Assembly: GCA_025839675.1 (NCBI GenBank)
Contig: CP104013.1
Span: 2,460,001-2,492,000 of the forward strand
Direction: 5' to 3'
Length of the DNA stretch: 32,000 nt
Source: Candidatus Lokiarchaeum ossiferum
GTDB taxonomy: Archaea > Asgardarchaeota > Lokiarchaeia > Sigyniarchaeales > Promethearchaeaceae
Below, in pieces: positions 24,922 through 32,000 of this stretch. The notes beneath the pieces were generated by a model, which did not search any database, was not told the DNA's origin, and saw only the letters and a program-made list of their open reading frames with translations. The position numbers were made by a program, and so were the translations under genes. The stretch's first letter is position 1. The number at the start of each line of letters is the position of its first letter.

Positions 24922-27348
24922 ATGAAAAAGATTTTTTACATTAGAATGATTTTCTTTGCATGCATTTTACTCCCATTCTTTATAGTAACAAATAGTCCAT
25001 CAATCTTTGATGAACAACAAGAATTGACACCGTTATCACATTCAGAATCAAACGAATGGACTTATCTCATATACCTTTGTGGTGATAATGATCTCGATCC
25101 TGAAGCGGTAGAAGATCTAAATGAAATGGAGAAGGGTTTCGTGAATGGTGCAAAAATAAACATTTTAGTTTTATGGGATCGTTATGAACAACCCGCAAAT
25201 TTATATCTTATATCTAATGATTATGATCAATTTCATTTTACAACTGTCGCCTTAAATTACCCTACAGAATGGAAATCTGAGCCTAATATGGGAGATAATA
25301 CCACATTGCAACAATTTATTCAATATGCGGAGATTAACTATCCAGCAAATCATTGGGGGTTCAATTTTTGGGATCATGGAGCAGGTCAATATGGTGTCTG
25401 TTTTGATGATTCTACCATAAATGAAACCGATGATACAAGTGAAGCTGATGGTTTGGAAATTGAAGAAATTCTCCCAGTATTCGAAAATTCAGGAATTCAA
25501 AAATGGGATTTGATTTCATTTGATTGTTGTTTAATGAATTTAGTAGAATGGGTTAATGAGTTTAAAGAATTTTGTGATTATTTTGTTGCATCTCAAGAAA
25601 GTATTCCAGGGCAAGGATTTGATTATGTTCAAATAGTACAAGGGTTAACTAATGGTTCCGTTCTCACAGGCTTGGATTTAGGACATTTAATTGTAAATAG
25701 TTACTATTCTTATTATACTTCCTTAAGCTCTCAAGTAGGCTACAATTTTCCAACAACAATTACTTTAATCTCTATGGCAGAAATTCAAAACTTGACTCAA
25801 GCTTTTGGAACCTTTACAACAGGATTATTGAATGGTTTAACACCTAAAAGCAGAATTGAGTTGCAACAACTGCGAGAAATTGCTTTAGAAATGGATTATC
25901 CATTTTTGATTGATTTAGGACATTTCCTCACATTGATTCAAGAGACATCTTCAAACTCCACTTGGAGAAATAATGCTAAAAATGTATTAATTGCCTACGA
26001 TCAGATGATTATTTCTTTCAAACAGACTAATATGAATAGCGCAACGGGCATGTCAATCTTCTTTCCGGGAACATATTCAGCGAGTATGATAGATTATTAT
26101 GAACAGCGCTATGATTTCGCATTTATGACAAATTGGACTTCTTTCTTAAAAGAATATCACAGTATGGCACATTTAGGGATCCAGTGGAGTGGTTTAAAGA
26201 TCATTGAAACTCAAAGTAGTAATGGCGATGGTAATTTGGATAGCGGAGAATCAGGTGATTTGATGGTTAATTTTACAAATATCGGGGATTTAACAATCAT
26301 AAATCCTTGCTTTAAATTATATATTAAAAATACATCATTAGCGTCAAGTAATTCAGAATGTATGATTGATGGGGTTTTTAGTCCAGATTTAACCATTAAC
26401 TTGTCATTTTCAGTCGATCTGTTTGAAATCGAATCAAATACAGAAATTGTATGTATTGTAGAAATTAATTTCGATTTAGTGAACTATACTGATATCGATT
26501 ACAATACATCAATTTTTTTCCTTAGTGATTTTAATGGGACATATTTAACCGGAGAAACAACTCTAAATACCGCGTATAAATTTACCCAAAATACAACATT
26601 TGCAGGAATGATGACCAATATCGTATCAAGTTTCATTGTGGAGGTGAATTTAGCCGAATATAACTTTGTACTGAACACATTAAATCATTTCGATTCAAGT
26701 GATTTTGATCTTTTCTTATATGGAGAAACAGAAGAAGGTGATGTAGAATTAATAGATTCCATGGAAACCTTCAATAACCCCGAAGTATTAGGGTATGATG
26801 CATATTCAAATGAAACCGTTTGGATACAAATTAAATCTTATGCTGGAGAAGGATTATTTATTTTAGAGGTATTATCTGGAGATGGCTTTGAGTTCCATAA
26901 AGAACCAGGCAGTTGGTTGGGTTATCCAATCGAAGTTAGTTCCAGCACCATTTTCACAGATTCAATTAACGGTCCCGGTTTTGGAGGAGTAACGTATTAT
27001 CTAATCTCTTTAAATGCTATTGCTGATATGCAAGCAGTCTTTGATTTACATGATAGTACTTCAGAAACAGGAGGAATGGCAGTATTTTATGGATATGCTG
27101 ATGATTTTTTAGAATCTGAAAGTGAAACCTACCCTTTAACCCTCTATTATCAAAATGTTGGTATAAGAAAAGAATATGTTGTTTTAGTTGTTATGCCAAT
27201 AAAGGGAGAAACTAAATACACCCTAAATATAACAATTTCAAAACAATTAATCGCTCCAATTGGTCAAATATCAATAGCAACCATCGCAATAAGCATTCTA
27301 ATTCTGAAATTACGAAATCGTTCCAAAAAACAAGAACAACCTTGTTAG
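24922..27348 (+). CDS. Exported clostripain-like (peptidase C11-type) cysteine protease homologue with a large C-terminal region and a C-terminal membrane anchor
   Basis: The ORF track starts at TTG 24898. ATG 24922 gives a signal-peptide-like MKKIFYIRMIFFACILLPFF. C11-like blocks YLIYLCGDNDL, ILVLWDR, FWDHGAG (His) and ISFDCCLM (Cys). More than a dozen N-x-S/T sequons by eye. Terminal helix ISIATIAISILILKL followed by RNRSKK. Confidence 0.7.
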   Translation: MKKIFYIRMIFFACILLPFFIVTNSPSIFDEQQELTPLSHSESNEWTYLIYLCGDNDLDPEAVEDLNEMEKGFVNGAKINILVLWDRYEQPANLYLISNDYDQFHFTTVALNYPTEWKSEPNMGDNTTLQQFIQYAEINYPANHWGFNFWDHGAGQYGVCFDDSTINETDDTSEADGLEIEEILPVFENSGIQKWDLISFDCCLMNLVEWVNEFKEFCDYFVASQESIPGQGFDYVQIVQGLTNGSVLTGLDLGHLIVNSYYSYYTSLSSQVGYNFPTTITLISMAEIQNLTQAFGTFTTGLLNGLTPKSRIELQQLREIALEMDYPFLIDLGHFLTLIQETSSNSTWRNNAKNVLIAYDQMIISFKQTNMNSATGMSIFFPGTYSASMIDYYEQRYDFAFMTNWTSFLKEYHSMAHLGIQWSGLKIIETQSSNGDGNLDSGESGDLMVNFTNIGDLTIINPCFKLYIKNTSLASSNSECMIDGVFSPDLTINLSFSVDLFEIESNTEIVCIVEINFDLVNYTDIDYNTSIFFLSDFNGTYLTGETTLNTAYKFTQNTTFAGMMTNIVSSFIVEVNLAEYNFVLNTLNHFDSSDFDLFLYGETEEGDVELIDSMETFNNPEVLGYDAYSNETVWIQIKSYAGEGLFILEVLSGDGFEFHKEPGSWLGYPIEVSSSTIFTDSINGPGFGGVTYYLISLNAIADMQAVFDLHDSTSETGGMAVFYGYADDFLESESETYPLTLYYQNVGIRKEYVVLVVMPIKGETKYTLNITISKQLIAPIGQISIATIAISILILKLRNRSKKQEQPC

Positions 27349-27432
27349 ATTGAATACTTTTATTATTTTTCTTTAAGTATAATAACTTGAAATGAAGGAG
27401 AAGCCATAAAAAAGAAATGTTATTCTATTTTT

Positions 27433-27858
27433 TTAATTCTGACGTAATTGCACAACCGTATCTTTGAGATGTTTAACTTTTTCAACATTTCTATCTTCTT
27501 CCAAGATTCCGCCAGCACACTCAGGACATTGAAAATTTAATTCCATCGCATCAATGAAGATATAACGTTGGGAACATCCATTATTACAATGGAAGAAATA
27601 ATTTTGATCTTCATATTTCATTCGGATTTCAAGTTTTTCAATCACTTCATTACCACGCTCTTTAATTAAGATAGGAAGATAATCAAAATTTTCATTCCAA
27701 TAATAGACAAACCACCCACTTCGTTTATCTCTGACCCGACGGAATATAGTCAATTTATTTTCATTTAAAATATAAAGAATTTTTCGCACTATATTTAATT
27801 TAATTTTGGTCAATTCTGCAATTTTTTCGTCAGTAGTTTCATCATCAGCGGTGAGCAA
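27433..27858 (-). CDS. tfe: Transcription factor E (TFIIE-alpha homologue); the true N-terminus very probably lies upstream of 27858
   Basis: Winged helix IVRKILYILNENKLTIFRRVRDKRSGWFVYYW (compare Sulfolobus TFE YRKTRDKDSGWFIYYW). Zinc ribbon C-x3-C...C-x2-C (FFHCNNGCSQRY...FQCPECAGG). The same frame stays open to 27960 and encodes TFE-like LKQVLKDFGNQEAIKIAKVLL. Confidence 0.85.
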   Translation of the reverse strand: MLTADDETTDEKIAELTKIKLNIVRKILYILNENKLTIFRRVRDKRSGWFVYYWNENFDYLPILIKERGNEVIEKLEIRMKYEDQNYFFHCNNGCSQRYIFIDAMELNFQCPECAGGILEEDRNVEKVKHLKDTVVQLRQN

Positions 27859-28136
27859 AACCTTGGCAATTTTGATAGCTTCTTGATTTCCAAAATCTTT
27901 TAGTACTTGTTTGAGTGTAGAACTGAGTTCTTTTTTTTCTGTGGGAATTCTATGGACACCTCAATAAAAAATAGTAAGTATTTAAAGATCACATTCGTAA
28001 AAAATTTTATTATAATTTGCTTTTTTCACCACTTTTTGCTATTTAAATTTTATTAAACTAAATCTTTAAGCACTCAACAATTACGTAAGATATATAGGAA
28101 TTCCTACGCTTCCAAGATTATAGGTGTAATATAACA

Positions 28137-28937
28137 ATGACTCATTACTTAATGAAAATAGTTGAAAATCCAAAACCAAAGGATCCAGTGAAAGATGCCC
28201 CCGATGTACATAAGCATTTTACTCGTTATTCAAAAGGAATGTTTGACGGCCCCGTATTTAAAGTATCTCAAACAAAAACAAAAATTTCTATTTGGTGTTC
28301 ATATGAATATGAAGATGTAGCAACCAAAATTGCGTTAAAATTAATTCCTGAAGATGAAATAATGGTGAAGGGAAATATCATTGGGGCCATGGATTTTAAA
28401 CCTTTGATAGAAAAAATAGGATTTTCAAAAGCTTGGTATCCAGTGAAGAGTAAAGGGAAAGCTGTGAACTATTCCGCCATAAATAAAACAAACGTTCCAG
28501 TTGCCAAAGAGATGTTAGTGGCTTTAGAAGAAAAAGGAACACCGTATGTTTATAATTTATTATCCTTTGCATCGAAAGATAAAACGGTAGATCTTAAAAC
28601 GAAAATGAAGCCTCCACGGCCATCAAGTAAAAATCCCGACGAAACTAGTCCCGGAGGTAAAATAAAGTTCTGCACATTAAAAATTCCAAACACTCCAGAG
28701 AATTTAGATTTAGTTCTTGATATGGTGGCTAAAGATTTCAAGGATGAAATCCCCCCAAAGTGGAAATCAATAACTATTTCAAATAGTTATGAAATTACAG
28801 ATCTTGAATTTCCTCCAAAGGATAAAAACCTAAATTCACGATTATTCCGCTTACATACTCTTCGAAAAGGAAAATTAAACCGCATCGCTGAAATCGATAA
28901 AAATAGTGTTACTAATACAATTGAATTCACTGCTTAA
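28137..28937 (+). CDS. Hypothetical protein (266 aa, Lys-rich, no recognisable motif)
   Basis: Clean ORF with ATG start, divergent from tfe and convergent with the small GTPase gene. No motif I can assign. Confidence 0.55.
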   Translation: MTHYLMKIVENPKPKDPVKDAPDVHKHFTRYSKGMFDGPVFKVSQTKTKISIWCSYEYEDVATKIALKLIPEDEIMVKGNIIGAMDFKPLIEKIGFSKAWYPVKSKGKAVNYSAINKTNVPVAKEMLVALEEKGTPYVYNLLSFASKDKTVDLKTKMKPPRPSSKNPDETSPGGKIKFCTLKIPNTPENLDLVLDMVAKDFKDEIPPKWKSITISNSYEITDLEFPPKDKNLNSRLFRLHTLRKGKLNRIAEIDKNSVTNTIEFTA

Positions 28938-28972
28938 GCAATAAAGTTCAATTTTTTATTTTTTTAACAAAT

Positions 28973-29521
28973 TTATGCTGTCATTGAAGAATCCAAAGTC
29001 ACTATTTGTAATTTCTCGAATAATTCGTTAAGCCCTTTCCCTGATTTTGCTGAAACAAATAAATGATCAATAAAACAATCATTATTCAAAAATTGAGATT
29101 TTATCTCTTCCCAATATGATTGGAATTCCAAAATAGTATCACTTTCTACTAAATCTGCTTTAGTTCCAGCAATTATAATCGGTATTCGAGGATTTTCATT
29201 CTGTAATAATTTATGCCAAGTAGTAATATTGTCGAAGGTTTGAAAACGACTTAAATCATATAAAATGATAGCAGCTTTAGTTCCTTTTATATATGCATCA
29301 TGAATAAAATGAAATCTTTGCTGACCCCCTAAATCAAAAGCTAAAAAAGCAGAATTATCTTCATCCTCTTCATTTTCCTCAAAGGGGACACACGCAAAGT
29401 CTACACCAATTGTCATTTCTGATGAATCATCAAAATTTTTATGACATTTTGCCCGAATGAGTGATGTCTTTCCTACACCCCCATCCCCGAGGATTGCAAT
29501 TTTGAATGTTCGAGTCTTCAT
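28973..29521 (-). CDS. Ras-superfamily small GTPase, Rab-like
   Basis: 182 aa. G1 GDGGVGKTS, switch I TIGVDF (Rab-type), G3 DLGGQQRF, G4 GTKADL, G5 SAKSGKGLNELF. An acidic insert FEENEEDEDNS lies between switch I and G3. No C-terminal Cys prenylation motif. Confidence 0.85.
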   Translation of the reverse strand: MKTRTFKIAILGDGGVGKTSLIRAKCHKNFDDSSEMTIGVDFACVPFEENEEDEDNSAFLAFDLGGQQRFHFIHDAYIKGTKAAIILYDLSRFQTFDNITTWHKLLQNENPRIPIIIAGTKADLVESDTILEFQSYWEEIKSQFLNNDCFIDHLFVSAKSGKGLNELFEKLQIVTLDSSMTA

Positions 29522-29713
29522 ATGGAGCCAAGTTAAATTGATTTATTGAAAAAACAAGTACTTCTAATTAAATTTCGATTTTTCTGTAAATAATTGTTTC
29601 TGTTCAATCGATTGGTGACAGATTTGTTACATATGGGATGTATTCAAGAAAAAATGAATGAAAAAAGGAACAGCTTAAGATTATTTAAATAAGATTTTTA
29701 TCAGAATAAAAGC

Positions 29714-30502
29714 ATGGGTAGAATAAAAATTAAGAAAGTGATTATTTTGTCCTTGACAATAACGTTATTTTTGAATTTTAATTTTGCTGGGGCAGAATCT
29801 CAAGCCGATGATAAGGAAAATATAGAGTATCCAGAATATTCCGCACTAATTCTTCTTGGAACGGGCTATGGTTGGAATTTTTATGATATAAAAGATATTT
29901 TAGAATCTTGGAATTGGAGTATAACTACGGCGAGTTTTTCAACAACTGTAAGCGGATGCTTTAACAGGGAAAGTCGGAGTGAAACATGTAATTTAACTAT
30001 ACCAAGTATTTCAAAAAGTTCTCTCAGACAATATGATTGTTTAATCGTACCAAGTGGAGGACATTGGGAAGGATTATCAAGCTCATCAACAGTTCAAGAT
30101 TTAATTCGCGCAGCAGATAATCGCGGATTAGTTCTTATGACAATTTGCATAGGTCAAGCAGTTTTAGCAAATGCGCATAATGTACTACGAGGGAAGGATG
30201 TGGCACTATTTGGAGGCAGTTATGCAATGGTTACAGAAGCAGGCGCAGACACAGTCACAGAACGAGTAGTGACCGATGGACGCATTGTTACTGGAGGGGG
30301 AGGAGGAGGACGGAACGGAGGAGGCTATACTCGAGCGCCAACCAATGAAACGTGTCTAGCAATGAGAGAGGCTATTTATAATTATAAATTAACCATGAAA
30401 CGAATAACTATAGGTAGTGCAATTGGAATTCCAATTTTGCTATCTGGACTTGGATATTTCATTTATTTGATTAAGTCCAACAAAATTTCTTTGAAGAAAT
30501 AA
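29714..30502 (+). CDS. Exported, C-terminally anchored DJ-1/PfpI (class I glutamine amidotransferase-like) family protein
   Basis: 262 aa. Signal-like VIILSLTITLFLNFNFAGA. DJ-1/PfpI blocks LIVPSGG, ICIGQAVLANA (nucleophile elbow Cys), VVTDGRIVTGGG. Gly run GGGGGGRNGGG. C-terminal helix IGIPILLSGLGYFIYLI plus a basic tail. Confidence 0.65.
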   Translation: MGRIKIKKVIILSLTITLFLNFNFAGAESQADDKENIEYPEYSALILLGTGYGWNFYDIKDILESWNWSITTASFSTTVSGCFNRESRSETCNLTIPSISKSSLRQYDCLIVPSGGHWEGLSSSSTVQDLIRAADNRGLVLMTICIGQAVLANAHNVLRGKDVALFGGSYAMVTEAGADTVTERVVTDGRIVTGGGGGGRNGGGYTRAPTNETCLAMREAIYNYKLTMKRITIGSAIGIPILLSGLGYFIYLIKSNKISLKK

Positions 30503-30507
30503 CTGAA

Positions 30508-30517
30508 TTTTTTTTTT
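30508..30517 (+). terminator. Oligo-T tract (T10) immediately downstream of the DJ-1/PfpI-like gene
   Basis: T10 run 5 nt after the TAA stop at 30500..30502. Confidence 0.35.
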
Positions 30518-30586
30518 ATTGTTTTTAAAACCAAAAATGGTAAATGGGTTTTCAATTTCTTATTATTAAGGATTCGAAAACGGAAT

Positions 30587-31636
30587 ATGTCGCGAGAATC
30601 GAAAAAAAACCGCATTAATCATTTTGGAAAAATCATTAAGGATCCCGATTTCATCATCTTTCGCCCAAATAATCATTATCGAATTAATTCTAACGTGATC
30701 TTAATCAAAACGGATGATGAAATGGCGTTATTGGAAAGTGGAAAAAAAGATAACCCCTCAATCCATAAATTAATTCATACTCTGAATAAAGAGCGAATAC
30801 CATTAAAAACAGTTAAATATCTCTTGATTTCACACGCCCATCAAGATCATTATGCAAACATTCGCCAAGTTCAACAAAATTTTCACCATATCAACACTTA
30901 TTGCCATGAAAAAGATGCCCGAGTAATTCGTCTTCCATTTTTGCTCCCAAAAACATGGAAGGAAGGATTGCACTACAACAACTGTAAAAAATCGACAATT
31001 AATCTATACGCTTTTTACTATTCAGTATTCAGTAATGTATATTTTCAAAGTATTCAATTTCCTAATCGAATCGATGGCACTTTTAAGCACGATATAAGAT
31101 TGAGGTTGGGAAATGAGAAAATAAATATTTTACACACTCCTGGACATACTGAAGGTCATATTTCAGTTTTAGATAGTAGAAAGAATCTCTATTTGGCAGA
31201 TTTTGTTCCAAATACCCCATGGATCGATCCCAATCCTTTTTCTCTTAATGCGATGATTCATTCAATTAAAAAAATAATATCTTTCGATTCTACCCAAATT
31301 CATCGAGCAATTCGAGGACATGGAGATATTCGGAGAGAACAACCAAATGAATGGGAAATTTCTAATTGGTGGGATGAAAAAGCCAGATTTAGAAAATTTT
31401 TAGAAACGATCAATTCTACCTTGGATTTAATCCCAACAAAACTTCAAGGAAAAAATATGAATGTGTATCAAATTACAAACTTATTTAATGAAAAATTTCA
31501 TCGATATAGCGCAATAATGCGTCGATTTTTTATCCCACCTGCAGTTACATGGGGTATAGCGTACACTTTGAAGCTTCACCAAGAAGGAAAAGTAAGTTTA
31601 GTAAAACAAAAGAGCAAATTTTTGTGGACTGCTTAA
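30587..31636 (+). CDS. Metallo-beta-lactamase-fold hydrolase
   Basis: 349 aa. HxHxDH motif ISHAHQDHYAN, a second metal site HTPGHTEGH, and a later RGHGD. Confidence 0.85.
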   Translation: MSRESKKNRINHFGKIIKDPDFIIFRPNNHYRINSNVILIKTDDEMALLESGKKDNPSIHKLIHTLNKERIPLKTVKYLLISHAHQDHYANIRQVQQNFHHINTYCHEKDARVIRLPFLLPKTWKEGLHYNNCKKSTINLYAFYYSVFSNVYFQSIQFPNRIDGTFKHDIRLRLGNEKINILHTPGHTEGHISVLDSRKNLYLADFVPNTPWIDPNPFSLNAMIHSIKKIISFDSTQIHRAIRGHGDIRREQPNEWEISNWWDEKARFRKFLETINSTLDLIPTKLQGKNMNVYQITNLFNEKFHRYSAIMRRFFIPPAVTWGIAYTLKLHQEGKVSLVKQKSKFLWTA

Positions 31637-31695
31637 ACGTTCGATATTATGAATGATTATGAAATGTTTATAAAATCAGATTCATTTAGGATATT

Positions 31696-32000
31696 ATGGA
31701 TTTTCGCACTTTAGATACTATATCTGTAGAACAAATTTTAGAAGCCCATAATGATGCTTTCTCAGAATATGAGGTTCCAATGGAATTTCCGATTGAAAGA
31801 TTTGAACAAATTAATAAATTGCGTGGTGTAAACTACAATTTATCAATTGGTGCTTTTGAGGATCAAAAACTTGTCGGGTTCATTCTTAATGGCGTTGGAG
31901 AATGGAATGGAGTTCTTACTGCATATGATTGTGGAACTGGAGTAATTCAAGGAAAACAAGGAAAAGGAATAGGAGGAGAGATGTTTAAACATTTAACACC
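31696..32000 (+). CDS. GNAT family N-acetyltransferase (3' end truncated by the window edge)
   Basis: ATG at 31696, open to the window end. LVGFILNG...GVIQGKQGKGIGGEMF contains GNAT motif A (Q-x-x-G-x-G). Confidence 0.6.
   Translation, partial: MDFRTLDTISVEQILEAHNDAFSEYEVPMEFPIERFEQINKLRGVNYNLSIGAFEDQKLVGFILNGVGEWNGVLTAYDCGTGVIQGKQGKGIGGEMFKHLT

Noticed and set aside
24383-27348. The clostripain-like protease as the enzyme that trims the Ubl C-terminal Met (the genes are divergent neighbours)
   Set aside because: The protease has a signal peptide and a C-terminal anchor, so it is predicted extracytoplasmic. The Ubl has no export signal. Adjacency alone is not evidence.
1163-28741. About 25 short track ORFs (60-124 aa) nested in or antisense to longer genes, e.g. 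1163..1378, 2044..2358, 2129..2320, 2650..2859, 6345..6584, 6663..6857, 7168..7368, 7572..7757, 9202..9423, 10100..10306, 11176..11385, 15992..16174, 16319..16531, 16917..17228, 17278..17544, 18351..18596, 18466..18723, 20686..21060, 23086..23277, 23186..23416, 23751..23945, 23996..24199, 24135..24356, 26211..26396, 28550..28741
   Set aside because: Each overlaps a longer ORF that has clear family motifs. Their translations are low-complexity or Cys/Phe/Ile-rich, as expected from alternative frames of AT-rich coding DNA, and none has a motif.
1-32000. Screen for CRISPR arrays, tRNA/rRNA genes, transposases, integrases, toxin-antitoxin pairs and known defence-system hallmarks
   Set aside because: I saw no regularly spaced direct repeats, no GC-rich cloverleaf-like islands or GTTCGAATC-type T-arms, and no DDE/tyrosine-recombinase, nuclease-helicase or TA-like gene pairs in the translations. 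The window looks like core chromosome rather than an accessory island.

Overview
AT-rich window (about one third G+C by eye, not computed) with about 30 protein-coding genes. I recognised no rRNA, tRNA, CRISPR array, transposase or integrase. The gene content is archaeal: TFE, an Sm-like protein, Rio2 kinase, a NOG1-type GTPase, pyruvoyl arginine decarboxylase plus deoxyhypusine synthase, cyclophilin, a histone-fold protein and an ArsR regulator. There is a signalling block at 1.7-7.8 kb: a PAS hybrid histidine kinase, a Cache/HisKA_2 kinase, and an acetyl-CoA transferase fused to a GNAT domain. Several exported or anchored proteins follow: a clostripain-like protease, a DJ-1/PfpI-like protein and a multi-pass membrane protein. 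Three eukaryote-like items lie within about 10 kb of each other: a Rab-like small GTPase, a ubiquitin-like protein ending in GG plus one residue, and an eight-cysteine RING-like module in a multi-pass membrane protein. Together with the AT-richness and the many sensor kinases, this suggests an Asgard (Loki-type) archaeon, but that is inference, not a search result. The observations I rate highest are: (1) the stand-alone Ubl and the membrane RING-like protein; (2) a short RtcB-like gene heading a tight cluster with pdaD and the deoxyhypusine synthase gene; (3) a TFE reading frame that clearly continues upstream of its only canonical start codon and crosses an A_AAA_AAG slippery heptamer; (4) a 2.2 kb almost gene-free stretch (13.1-15.3 kb) with recurring inverted motifs and a perfect 16-bp palindrome at the predicted transcription start of the histone-fold gene. 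All functional calls come from reading motifs in the supplied translations. No database search was possible.
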